A stretch of DNA of 64,000 nt, taken from the NCBI GenBank assembly GCA_019636195.1, contig JAHBYA010000005.1, positions 174 to 64,173 on the forward strand, in the 5' to 3' direction. This DNA is from Planctomycetota bacterium. Lineage in GTDB: Bacteria > Planctomycetota > UBA8742 > UBA2392. Below, one piece after another: positions 50,241-59,886 of this stretch. The notes beneath the pieces are model-generated. The model made no database searches. It had not been told where the DNA came from and saw only the letters and a program-made list of their open reading frames with translations. The position numbers were made by a program, and so were the translations under genes. Position 1 is the first letter of the stretch. Each line of letters opens with the position of its first letter.

Positions 50241-52910
50241 CTATTTCGGTTCTCTGCGGCGTCGAAACAACAACGGCAGCAGCAGTCCCAGCGGCAGACC
50301 TGCCCCGCCGGTAGTGCACCCTGTCGATGGCGTTGACTTCGCGTGCCCGGGTGCCGGTGGCACACCTGGTGCGTAAACCACGGCGCTCAGATCAAACGTG
50401 AACGGATCTGTTGTGGTGATGTCGTTGTGGCTGAAGCTGACGGTACCCGGCTTGGCGCCGGTTGCTTGGGCCGACAAGGCGATCTTGAACGTCGCGCCGG
50501 CGCCCGGCGCCAGCGTTGGTGGCATCATTGACGTGTCAAGAATGTAGTCGCCCGTCACGATCGGAGTGCCCAGCAACAGGTCCGCGGTGCCGACGTTCTG
50601 GATGTACATGGAGATCGCCGGCAGCAATGTGCCAACTTCCGTGTACCCGAAGTCGCGGTTGCCGGCTGCGGCGGCCCCGTTGGCGATCAACGTGCCGCCA
50701 GGCCCGTTTTCGCGCACTTGCAACACAGGCGCAGCGGGTGGCAAGCCGACGCCGGAGACTTCAATGCGCCATGGGCGGGGCTGTGCGGCGTCGTTGTGGT
50801 CGATTTCGATCCATGCCATTTTGCTGCCTGCGGACTGCGGCGCAAATGCAATGGCTATGGTTGTGGTGTTACCGGGCACAATTGGCGGCGCCAGCGACAC
50901 GGGCAGGTTGGAAGCGTCAAGGTCAAAGTCGGCGGCGTCGCCGACCAACGTCGCGCCCGCGAGCTGCAAGTTGGCGGAGCCGGCGTTGCGCAGCGTAATA
51001 GTCAAGTAAGCCGAAGGACCACCACCGATTGCCAGGGGCGCGAATTCGCGGTTGCTGCCGGCAGAAGGTTCATTGTGCGCAAGTTGCTTGCCGCCCTCGC
51101 GTACTTCAAGTGTGGGCTGCGGCTGCGCAAACGACCAAACGTCGGATCGATCAAGCTCGTGGGCACCCGCCATCAACCAGATCCGCCCGCCGAACACTTC
51201 CTGCGCGTGGTAGCGCCGTGGCGGCCAGGCGGGCGTCGGCTCCTGCGTCCAGGTTACGCCGTCCACTGACGACCACACGTCATTCAGGCTTGGGCCAAGA
51301 TAGTCGGCGCCCCCAGTCAGCCAGAGCCGGTTGTTGAACGCCGAAACCTTGTGGGCAAACCGCGCAGTGAACCCGGCAGACGCAGTTTCAAGCGTCCAGT
51401 TGATGCCGTCAGACGAAGACCACACGTCCGCCGAACCATACACGCCGCCAATCACCCACATGCGGCCGTTAAAAACCGCCGACGCGTGACCAAATCGCGG
51501 CGTGAACGGCGCGCTTGCAGTTTCCTGCGTCCAGGTGAAACCATCCGGGCTTGACCAGACGTCGTTCTTGCCGGCGTTGTCGAAACCGCCGATTACCCAC
51601 AACTTGCCGCCAAAAACCAGTGCGGTGTGCATGGTGCGCGCCCCCCACGGCGCGGCTGATGTGGCCAGCGTCCATGAGCTGCCGTCCTGCGTAAACCACA
51701 CGTCGCGCTGGGCGCTTGAGCCGTTCCAGCCACCCAGCACCCACAGGCGGTGGTTGAAGCCGACGCATGCATGGCCAATGCGGGCGCTCCAAGGTGCCGA
51801 CTGAGTGTGGCGCGTCCAGTCCTTGCCGTTGAGCGATGACCATACGTCGTTTCTTTGTTGGGGTGGCGCGACATTGCCAACCCAGACTTCGCCGCCCATC
51901 ACCCACAGTCGATTGTCATGCACAGCCGAGCCATGACCGCGCCGCGCATTCCATTGCACGGAGGTGGCATTGAGCGTCCACTGCCTTCCGTCATTGGATG
52001 ACCATACTTCCGACAGCGGCGTCGGAACGGGATTCGACATGCCACCCAGTACCCACAACTGATTGTTGAATGCTGCACACGTGTGGCCGGACCTGGCGGG
52101 ACCGGTAGTCGTTTCCAGTCGCCATTGAACGCCGTCGCTGCTTGAAATCACGTCACCAGTTTCTACCCCGTTGATGCATCCGCCGATGATCCATAGTCGA
52201 TTTCCATGTACCACGGCGGCATGTTTTTGGCGGCCGGGGCCACCGGCAAATGCCTTGGTCCAGTTGGAACCATTGGTTGAGTACCAAACGTCGTTGCCGC
52301 CGTTCGCTCCGCCTCCCGCTGAGCCACCGATCACCCACATGCGATTGGAGAACACAGCCGTCGCCATGTACCATCGGGTTGACCATGCAGCTGCCGCGGT
52401 TTCCTGCGTCCAGTTGATGCCGTCTGCTGACGACCAGACGTCGTTCTGGCGACCGGACTGGCTGTAGCCACCCAACACCCACAGCTTGCCGTTGAACGCA
52501 AGGACCCCGTGACCCATGCGCCCCGCCCATGGCGCCGAAGCGGTCTCAAGCGTCCAGTTGACGCCGTCGGCTGACGACCAGACATCCTGCCGAAAGCCGC
52601 CCTGCCACGTGTCAGAGTCGTACCCGCCCAGCAGCCACATGCGGCCGTTGTGCACCGCAAGTCCGTGGCTATGGCGACGCGACCAGGCGGCTTCGCCAGT
52701 GGCCAGCGTCCAGTCGACACCATCGGTGGTGTACCAGACATCGTTCCAGAACGACCCGCCAAAGCCACCCATCACCCAAATGCGGCTGTTGAAGACTACC
52801 GTAGAGTGATCGCAACGTTCATTGAACAAGCGGGACTCGTGGGTCCATCCCTGGGCGGCCAGCACAGGCGCGAGCAGCAGCAGAAGGGCATGTGCGCGTA
52901 TCATCATCAT
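50241..52910 (-). CDS. Exported multi-Kelch beta-propeller protein with Ig-like (choice-of-anchor-D-like) domains and Cys-containing C-terminal sorting tag
   Basis: The signal peptide is MMMIRAHALLLLLAPVLAAQG. About a dozen ~48-aa repeats follow the pattern W..R.gH...vFn.rmWViGG...NDVWsS.DG..WT. There are two beta-sandwich modules. The C-terminus is ..STGCTTGGAGLPLGLLLPLLFRRRREPK. Confidence 0.85.
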   Translation of the reverse strand: MMMIRAHALLLLLAPVLAAQGWTHESRLFNERCDHSTVVFNSRIWVMGGFGGSFWNDVWYTTDGVDWTLATGEAAWSRRHSHGLAVHNGRMWLLGGYDSDTWQGGFRQDVWSSADGVNWTLETASAPWAGRMGHGVLAFNGKLWVLGGYSQSGRQNDVWSSADGINWTQETAAAAWSTRWYMATAVFSNRMWVIGGSAGGGANGGNDVWYSTNGSNWTKAFAGGPGRQKHAAVVHGNRLWIIGGCINGVETGDVISSSDGVQWRLETTTGPARSGHTCAAFNNQLWVLGGMSNPVPTPLSEVWSSNDGRQWTLNATSVQWNARRGHGSAVHDNRLWVMGGEVWVGNVAPPQQRNDVWSSLNGKDWTRHTQSAPWSARIGHACVGFNHRLWVLGGWNGSSAQRDVWFTQDGSSWTLATSAAPWGARTMHTALVFGGKLWVIGGFDNAGKNDVWSSPDGFTWTQETASAPFTPRFGHASAVFNGRMWVIGGVYGSADVWSSSDGINWTLETASAGFTARFAHKVSAFNNRLWLTGGADYLGPSLNDVWSSVDGVTWTQEPTPAWPPRRYHAQEVFGGRIWLMAGAHELDRSDVWSFAQPQPTLEVREGGKQLAHNEPSAGSNREFAPLAIGGGPSAYLTITLRNAGSANLQLAGATLVGDAADFDLDASNLPVSLAPPIVPGNTTTIAIAFAPQSAGSKMAWIEIDHNDAAQPRPWRIEVSGVGLPPAAPVLQVRENGPGGTLIANGAAAAGNRDFGYTEVGTLLPAISMYIQNVGTADLLLGTPIVTGDYILDTSMMPPTLAPGAGATFKIALSAQATGAKPGTVSFSHNDITTTDPFTFDLSAVVYAPGVPPAPGHAKSTPSTGCTTGGAGLPLGLLLPLLFRRRREPK

Positions 52911-53013
52911 CTCCTTGTCAGCAGTGTCACCTGCACAACCTTACCCTTTCCGGGAAACATGGCAAAAGTACGCTAAATCAATCTTCCCGGATTCAGAAAG
53001 GAGTTGCCGCCCT

Positions 53014-54477
53014 ATGCCTGAACGGAATGACGCGCCCGAAGCCATGCGCCGCCGGATTGAGTTCCTGTGCCGGCGTTACTCGCAATCCGAGATAGCACGG
53101 CGTACCGGCGTGCCTGTCAGCAGTGTCAACCGCTACCTGGGCGGTGCGCGCATACCCGCCGAGTTCTGTGGTTCCCTGGTGCGCGAGCTGGATGTCAATC
53201 CTGCCTGGATGCTGACCGGCGAAGGCGCACCCTGGCTGTCAGAAGTCGGCGCCGGCACGCAACAGATGGCCGGCGACCTCATGGAACTGGTGGAAGCCAT
53301 GAACGCTGTCGAGCGCATGCGCCTTGGCAGCCTTTCGGGCCGCGATCACTTGAAGTTGCTTCGGCGACTCTCCGATGCCTTGAAAGACTATGAGTCGCTC
53401 AAGCGCAGGCTGAATGACCATAGCCGCCCGATCTTTGAGCGCGTCTTGAACGACTGGCGCGCCGCGATGAACACCGACAAACTTGAAGAGTCCATCAGCC
53501 TTCGCAAGGCAAGCCATCAGGTCGCCCGCATGTGCGAAGATGCGCCATTGCGGCGGTTGCAGACGCGGCTGGAAGCGCAGCACGAAATGCTGTTCGGCGA
53601 TGGCGAGTCTTCGCTGCATTACGCGCGCCGCGCGCTTATGGGCGCTATTGCCACAGACGAGTTTCCGACTGACGAATTGCTGGAAGAGGCCCGCCGCTTC
53701 TGCATTGCGCTACGCTATGCCGGTCGCCTGAAAGAGTCGTTGCGCTACGTACGCGCGTTTCTGACGCTCGCCGCGAACGTCGGCTCAGAGTGGCGCAGCT
53801 ATGTGCTGCTGCAGCAATTTGAGGGTTACCTGCTGTTTGAACTCGGTGAACTGAGTGACGGACTGGCCATCATGCGCGCCAGCTTGCACAAGCTCAGCGG
53901 CGCGCCTAAAGAAGCCAGCGAGTGCGCCATTGCCACCGCGTTGTTCCTGACCGGAGTGGCAAACTACGAATCGTTGCAGCACTTCGGCACGCCCTGCAAC
54001 GGCCGCGCGATGACGTTGGTCGAGTTTGCCGTCTGGATTGATGAGCCTGACTGCCTGCGCCACTCGCTGAATCACTATGACGGCCCGCCGCAATACAGCA
54101 CGCACATCGCCCGCGCACTACTGGCGGCCCGCAGCCACAAGTCGCGAGCGCTGGCAGCGTTTACCGAGGCGACTGAACCCGAACATCGCGCGCGCAATTT
54201 TGAAGAAAATGCCGCACTGGCCCAGGTAGCGTGGCGTTGCGGCCACAAGTCGCTAGTAGAAGCGACAGCGCTGAAAGCCGATGCGGAACTGCGGACCATC
54301 CCGCCTGAGATTACACCAAGCCAGATGGTGGTGGCCGCGCATCACCGCACCGTGTTGCGCGCGCTGGACGCAAGGAACCACGCAGGTGTCCGGGCAAGGG
54401 CTCGCGCCTACTTTGAAGACCGGGTCAGGCAAGGATTCGGTTTGTACAAATCGGTGTTGGCCCAACACGCCACTTAG
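53014..54477 (+). CDS. HTH (Cro/XRE-like) DNA-binding protein with long helical-repeat C-terminal domain
   Basis: SD AAAGGAG precedes ATG 53014. The N-terminus ..YSQSEIARRTGVPVSSVNRYLGG.RIP..FCGSLVRELDVNPAWMLTGEG is a classic HTH. It is divergent from the Kelch gene. Confidence 0.7.
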   Translation: MPERNDAPEAMRRRIEFLCRRYSQSEIARRTGVPVSSVNRYLGGARIPAEFCGSLVRELDVNPAWMLTGEGAPWLSEVGAGTQQMAGDLMELVEAMNAVERMRLGSLSGRDHLKLLRRLSDALKDYESLKRRLNDHSRPIFERVLNDWRAAMNTDKLEESISLRKASHQVARMCEDAPLRRLQTRLEAQHEMLFGDGESSLHYARRALMGAIATDEFPTDELLEEARRFCIALRYAGRLKESLRYVRAFLTLAANVGSEWRSYVLLQQFEGYLLFELGELSDGLAIMRASLHKLSGAPKEASECAIATALFLTGVANYESLQHFGTPCNGRAMTLVEFAVWIDEPDCLRHSLNHYDGPPQYSTHIARALLAARSHKSRALAAFTEATEPEHRARNFEENAALAQVAWRCGHKSLVEATALKADAELRTIPPEITPSQMVVAAHHRTVLRALDARNHAGVRARARAYFEDRVRQGFGLYKSVLAQHAT

Positions 54478-55238
54478 CGCGAGCGGTCTTCGTCCACTTT
54501 GATTACGCCGAGGAACTCTTTGACGGTCTTTTCGAGCTTGTTGACTCGGAAGACGTTATCGACCACCAGTGCCTTGTGGGCGTCGGCACCCACGCCGGGC
54601 TTGAAGATCAGGCGGCCGCTGCCGAACAGGATGTACTCGAAGATGTCGGGGATTTCCTTCTCCACGGCCATGTTCAGCGTCGCGTAGTGGCGTTCGTCGC
54701 CGAGTATGCCGTGCTTGTGCGTCAACTGGTTCATGGACAGCACCCAGTAGTTGAAGCGCGTCGTCACAAACGCCATCAGCATCAGCACCGCCAGCACCGC
54801 CGCGATCATGGCGTAGAAGTTGGGGTGCATGTTCAGTTCCTGCTTTGCGAAAAAGTCGTAGATGCTGCCGTACACCGCAATGTCGCTTTGCAGGTCCCAG
54901 ACCCACAGGCCCAGCAGGCCCGCGCCGATCACCGCGATGGTGGCGATAAAGTTGTTTCGCCCGAAGTCAAACGTGTGCACCATCATGTTGAAGAAGAACA
55001 GCACGATCCACCACCAGCCCAGCGCTGACCGGTCAACGACCGCTTCGCCGGTTTCGCTCAGGCCGCCGCCCAGAAAGAAAAACACCAGGCTGCACAGCAT
55101 CACGGGCCACAGCAGCACCACCTTGGGAAACGGGTGAATCACGATCTTGTCCAGCGGCTTGGCGCTGCCGCCGGTCTTCTTCTTGGCCTCGGCGACTGTG
55201 ATTTCGCCGGACGCGGGTTTGGCTGGTTCGCCGCTCAT
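54474..55238 (-). CDS. Hypothetical multi-pass membrane protein
   Basis: 254 aa with four or so hydrophobic helices followed by a soluble C-terminal ~70 aa. Confidence 0.65.
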   Translation of the reverse strand: MSGEPAKPASGEITVAEAKKKTGGSAKPLDKIVIHPFPKVVLLWPVMLCSLVFFFLGGGLSETGEAVVDRSALGWWWIVLFFFNMMVHTFDFGRNNFIATIAVIGAGLLGLWVWDLQSDIAVYGSIYDFFAKQELNMHPNFYAMIAAVLAVLMLMAFVTTRFNYWVLSMNQLTHKHGILGDERHYATLNMAVEKEIPDIFEYILFGSGRLIFKPGVGADAHKALVVDNVFRVNKLEKTVKEFLGVIKVDEDRSR

Positions 55239-55290
55239 GGGTGCCTCCGGTCATGGTTTAGCCGCAACAAGTGCATGGCTCAAGAGTTGC

Positions 55291-56553
55291 CTAGCCTGCC
55301 CTGGCCAGCGGCAGGATTACACTTTCAGCGCCCCGCAAGGCGTCTTTGACTTTCTGGTCGCGTGCATAGTCGTTGTACAGCACGCGGCCGGCTTTGAGTT
55401 GCGCGCGGCCGGCCTGCATCACGTCGGCTGTGCGATAGAGCTGAAGCTGTATGTCGGTCTTGGGCTCAAGCAGGTCCGGGATGCCGCGGACCCATTCATC
55501 AAGCAGGAATGCCGCGGACTCCAGCGTCGCGTCGTCAATGCCCGTGGCCGCCTTCAGCGCGTCGGCGAGTTTCGGCTGTGCCTGCTCGCCGGGGTTGATC
55601 ACCGCCGGGGTGATGCCCGACGAAAAGATCAGGCCCGCCGAGTACAGGTCAAGGCCGATGATGCCATCGACTTCCGGCGGCACGGCGATCGCGCGCTGTT
55701 CGGGTGTGCACTCCGCCAGCATTAGCGCCTTGAACCACTCCTTCAGGTCGGCTTCATCGAGCTTCTTTTCCAGCTTGAAGCTGTGTTCGGTGTAGCCCTT
55801 CTGCAGGGCTTCCCAGCGGCGGTCGTAGTCTTCGCCGTGGCGCGCGATGGCCGCCTTCTGGTCTTCACTCAAGGGCTCGCCTGCGGCCTGCAACTGCATG
55901 GCCAGCATGTTCATCAGCAGGAATGGGTGGGCGAACTCGCCGTTGACGCTGCTGTGGGTCGGCAGTTTGCCGATGACCTTGGCGTACAGGCTGATGAGCT
56001 TGCGGTTCTCTTCGCCGATTTTCTGCATCAGCGCGGGCGGGGGCTGCTCGCCTTTTTCCATCAGCTCCGCAAGCTGCTTCAGCATCGGGATCATGGCCTT
56101 GGCCGCGCCGCCGGTTTCCTGCCAATCGGCGTCGCGCAACTCGGGCAATTCGGCCCACTTGCCGTACGTGATGGGTGCGCGCGGCGTGGCGGCTTGAGGC
56201 TGACCGGCGCGGGCCTGCGCGAGCTCGCCTTCAAGGCGCGTTACATCCTGCTGGGCCCGCTCCAGCTGCTCGGTCGCTGCCTTGCCTTCAGCGCGGGCAC
56301 TGCGCAGTTGCTCCTGCGCCTCGGACAGCGCGCTCTTGGCGGCATCGGCGTCTTCGCGGGCGCGGCGCAGGTCGGACTTGAGCTGTTCATCGGCGACTGC
56401 GGCCGGCACACGCTCGGACTTTTCCTGCACGCCGGCCGGCTGGGAGTTTTCGGGTTTGGTTTCGGGCGTCTTTTGCATCAGCACCCACACCGGCAGCGCG
56501 CCCAGGATGATGCCGCCGATCAAAGAGCCGACGATTGTCGCTACGCGTTCCAT
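55291..56553 (-). CDS. Hypothetical TM-anchored coiled-coil protein
   Basis: About 420 aa with an N-terminal TM helix and an Ala/Glu/Gln-rich coiled coil. Its start (GTG 56556 or ATG 56553) overlaps the upstream TGA. Confidence 0.6.
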   Translation of the reverse strand: MERVATIVGSLIGGIILGALPVWVLMQKTPETKPENSQPAGVQEKSERVPAAVADEQLKSDLRRAREDADAAKSALSEAQEQLRSARAEGKAATEQLERAQQDVTRLEGELAQARAGQPQAATPRAPITYGKWAELPELRDADWQETGGAAKAMIPMLKQLAELMEKGEQPPPALMQKIGEENRKLISLYAKVIGKLPTHSSVNGEFAHPFLLMNMLAMQLQAAGEPLSEDQKAAIARHGEDYDRRWEALQKGYTEHSFKLEKKLDEADLKEWFKALMLAECTPEQRAIAVPPEVDGIIGLDLYSAGLIFSSGITPAVINPGEQAQPKLADALKAATGIDDATLESAAFLLDEWVRGIPDLLEPKTDIQLQLYRTADVMQAGRAQLKAGRVLYNDYARDQKVKDALRGAESVILPLARAG

Positions 56554-57491
56554 CACTCACCTCGGGCTTTTTCGATGTTTGCCTTCTCAGCCAGCAGGCC
56601 GGCGTTCTGGGACGACTTTTGCAGGCCGTCATTGACCCGTGCCAGCGCGTCGTCGTACTTCTTTTGCACGCGATACCACATGCCGTAGGCGGCGTACACG
56701 TCGCAGAAGCGTTCTTCCCATGGCAGCTGCGCCTGCATTTCCAGAGCTTTGTCCAGGTCGGTTTTCGCGCCCTTGAACTCGGGCGTGAAGCTGGGGTAGT
56801 TGACTTTCAAAATCGCCAGAAAGTGCACGGCGTCGTAGTAGCCGGGGTCGATCTCGAGCGCCCTTTCAATCTCCTGCTTCACTTCGGCGGCCAGGGCGCC
56901 CTGCTTCATGGGCTCGTTGCGCAGGTCGATAAAGCGTGTGGTCAACAGCACAGCCAGCGCCAGCCGGGCCCTGGCGTTTTCAGGCTCCTGCTTCACCCAG
57001 TCGCGCAGGCGCTGGATAACGGTGTCGCGGAAAGACTTGTCGCCCCTCATGGCAAGCCCCGACAGCTCATCTATCGCGCTGGCGTCGGCGCCGCTCTGGA
57101 CCAGCGGCCACACGGCTTCCAGTTCGCGCTCAGGGTTGGGGGGCGACGGTTGGGCGGGCTCCGTCTGGTCGGTTCTCGAGTCGGGTTCGGGTCTGGCTGG
57201 CGGTGCGGGTTTTGGTGCGGCCTCAAGTTCAGCAACCCGCTTTTCAAGACGGGCGATGGCTTGCCGCAACTCATCGGTGTGGTCGGCCGGAGCCGCCGCA
57301 CGATCGGGCGCAGGGCGCGAAGCGGACTCGTCGCGCAGGCGCTGCAATTCGGCGGACTGGCGCGTGCTTTCGTCGCGCAGTTCGGCGGCTTGCGTTTCAA
57401 GCGCGGCGATGCGCGCCTGCTGGGCGGGGTCGGTGCGGTCGCAGGCCGCGAGCAGCACGCAAAGGGCAAGCAACGGGATCAGTGTTCTCAT
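56553..57491 (-). CDS. Hypothetical lipoprotein with coiled-coil and TPR-like region
   Basis: The start is taken at MRTLIPLLALCVLLAAC (lipobox). A coiled-coil segment is followed by helical repeats. Confidence 0.65.
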   Translation of the reverse strand: MRTLIPLLALCVLLAACDRTDPAQQARIAALETQAAELRDESTRQSAELQRLRDESASRPAPDRAAAPADHTDELRQAIARLEKRVAELEAAPKPAPPARPEPDSRTDQTEPAQPSPPNPERELEAVWPLVQSGADASAIDELSGLAMRGDKSFRDTVIQRLRDWVKQEPENARARLALAVLLTTRFIDLRNEPMKQGALAAEVKQEIERALEIDPGYYDAVHFLAILKVNYPSFTPEFKGAKTDLDKALEMQAQLPWEERFCDVYAAYGMWYRVQKKYDDALARVNDGLQKSSQNAGLLAEKANIEKARGE

Positions 57492-57582
57492 CTCGGTCTC
57501 CGGGGGCAGGATAGTGCGGTCGTGCCCGGGTCGTGTTTGCAATCTCGGGATTGGTTTGTAACGGATGGCGTGAAAGATCGCG

Positions 57583-59796
57583 ATGCATGAACGTGCACAG
57601 GCGTTGTTGGTAATCGCGCTGCTGGTCTTGCTGGCCGTGACGGTCGCGCTTGACCCGCGGGTGCCCGGCTATCGTTCGCGCTACGACGCGCAGGCCACGC
57701 CGGCCGAAGTCATGCGCTGGCAGCGCGACCTGCTGGACTGGCGCCGCGCGCCGACATGGTCGAAGCTGCCTGCGCCGGACTTCACAGCGAGCTACGTCTT
57801 CGGCAAGTATCGCTACCGGCTGGACGTGCAGATCAGCGCCAACGAGCTGCACTACGTAAGCTGGGGCACAGACGACCAGCAGGGCGGCGGGGCTTGGTAC
57901 GCGGTGGGCCACGGCCACCGTCAGGCGGATGGCGAGTGGTTCAGTATCTGGAGTTGCCTTGACCTTTCGCGCGAGGTCAGCAACGGCGGCGGCGCATGGT
58001 TTGCCTTTTCACCAGACCGCAGGCGCATTCATGTGCGCTACTACCACGACACGCTGCCGTTCGGCGCCGACCCGATGGAGCTGGGCGAAGCGGTGATGGT
58101 GAATCTGGACGCAGGCGCCGAGCTTACCGACGAAACGACCTACGCCGACCCGCAGTGGCAGACCCGCACACCGGAAGGCCGTGTGCGCACCTACATCGAG
58201 ACGTTGCAGGTGCGCGCCGAGCTGTGGGGGCGCGTGGTGGATGAACAGGGCCGCGGCATTGCGGGCGCCGCAGTCAAGCAGCGCGCGGCTGGCCGCATTG
58301 AGGCGGTCACGGACGCGAGGGGCTTCTTTCGGCTTGAGTTGGAAGAGCTTGAGGCACTGACGTTGCTGGCCGCCGGCAAGCCCGGCTACTACAACGGGAT
58401 CGTGACGCTGGAGCAGGCGACGGCGCTGCGCGCGATCGGCCCCGGGCGCGACAAGTCCAAGGTTGCGCTGGCGACGATCACGCTGCGCCGCTACGACACC
58501 CATGACTATCGCGAGTACGCGTGGGTCGCGCCCGACCCTGACCCGGCGCCGGAGAACCACCTGAGCTGCGGCAACTGCCACCGCCGCGAGCACGAGCACT
58601 GGTCGCGCTCGCGCCATGCAAGCATGGCGGTCAATGCATGGACGCGCGCGGCCTTTGAGCGCGACGCCCGCCCGCACGCGCTGGCCGACGGCCGCACGCA
58701 GGACGACTGCACGCCCTGTCACAGCCCAAGCCTGGCCTCGACCCTTGCGCGCTTTGACCTGCAGGGCGCCACGCTGCTGGACGCCGCGGGCGTGCACTTG
58801 CGCGGCAACCACTGCGATTTGTGCCACAAGATTGAGGCTGTGCCCGACCCCGACAAGCCGGGCATGAACGGGTCGGCGCGGCTGCTGCGGCCGGACCCCA
58901 ACGACGCGCGCGTACCGGGGGGCATCAAGCGTGTGTTCGGGCCGTTGCCGGACGTGAGCTTTCTGTACATGGGGGCGGCGTACAACCCGCTGTTCAGCAC
59001 GGGTGCGCTGTGTGCGGCCTGCCACCAGGACGGCAACGCCCAGGGCACTTACCGCGAGTGGCAACGCAGCAAGTACGCCACGCCGGCGCACCTGAAGCAC
59101 TGCCAGGACTGTCACATGCCGGCCTACACGCGCGGCGAGCCCAAGTCGTTCCCCGGGCCGGACGGTCGCCCGATCATGGTCGCCAGCGGCGATCTCACCG
59201 GCGAAGAGGCGGCGGCCAACGGCGTGGCGATCGCGCGCTACAGCACGCGCTTTCGGCCCTTGAATGAGGCGCACAAGCACAGCTTTGTCGGCACAGAAGA
59301 CGCCGACTTTCTGCGCGCGGGCGTGACCATGCACGTTGAAAAGGTGCCGATTGTCGATGGCGTGCGCCTGCGTGTGACACTGACCAACGTCGGCGCCGGC
59401 CATGCGATCCCGACCGGCCACGGCTTGAAACGCTATGTGCTGTCCGTGCATGGCCGCGCGGGCGGGCAGCCGCTGGCGTTTGCCGGCGGCCTGCCCGAGT
59501 CTGAACGCGCGGGCGCCGCAGCCAGCGCCACAACCGGCGCGTTGATCGGGCGGCAGTTCAGCAGCGACTGGAGCGTGCCGTACTGGCGCGGCCAGCCGAC
59601 GCAGGACACCCGCCTGCTGCCCGACGAGCCGCAGGTATTCACGTTTGACCTGCCGGGGGCTGAGAGCGTTGAGGTGAAATTGACCATGCGCCGCGGTTCA
59701 CCGGCGCTGTTGCAGCAGCACGGCCTGGACCCCGAACGCACCGCAATTGCAGGCGCGCAGAACGACCTGGTCGTGCACACATGGCGCTCGCGCTAG
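57583..59796 (+). CDS. Pentaheme c-type cytochrome-like protein with N-terminal beta-sandwich region
   Basis: Five CxxCH motifs are present: CGNCH, CTPCH, CDLCH, CAACH and CQDCH. It has an N-terminal signal anchor. Length is 737 aa. Confidence 0.85.
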   Translation: MHERAQALLVIALLVLLAVTVALDPRVPGYRSRYDAQATPAEVMRWQRDLLDWRRAPTWSKLPAPDFTASYVFGKYRYRLDVQISANELHYVSWGTDDQQGGGAWYAVGHGHRQADGEWFSIWSCLDLSREVSNGGGAWFAFSPDRRRIHVRYYHDTLPFGADPMELGEAVMVNLDAGAELTDETTYADPQWQTRTPEGRVRTYIETLQVRAELWGRVVDEQGRGIAGAAVKQRAAGRIEAVTDARGFFRLELEELEALTLLAAGKPGYYNGIVTLEQATALRAIGPGRDKSKVALATITLRRYDTHDYREYAWVAPDPDPAPENHLSCGNCHRREHEHWSRSRHASMAVNAWTRAAFERDARPHALADGRTQDDCTPCHSPSLASTLARFDLQGATLLDAAGVHLRGNHCDLCHKIEAVPDPDKPGMNGSARLLRPDPNDARVPGGIKRVFGPLPDVSFLYMGAAYNPLFSTGALCAACHQDGNAQGTYREWQRSKYATPAHLKHCQDCHMPAYTRGEPKSFPGPDGRPIMVASGDLTGEEAAANGVAIARYSTRFRPLNEAHKHSFVGTEDADFLRAGVTMHVEKVPIVDGVRLRVTLTNVGAGHAIPTGHGLKRYVLSVHGRAGGQPLAFAGGLPESERAGAAASATTGALIGRQFSSDWSVPYWRGQPTQDTRLLPDEPQVFTFDLPGAESVEVKLTMRRGSPALLQQHGLDPERTAIAGAQNDLVVHTWRSR

Positions 59797-59886
59797 GCTA
59801 GCGGCACCTAAGTTGCGTGCTTCGCAGCGTGCTTGATTGTTCAACCCGCACCCCTAGACTGCGCAACCCTTGCCGGGCTGTGAGGC

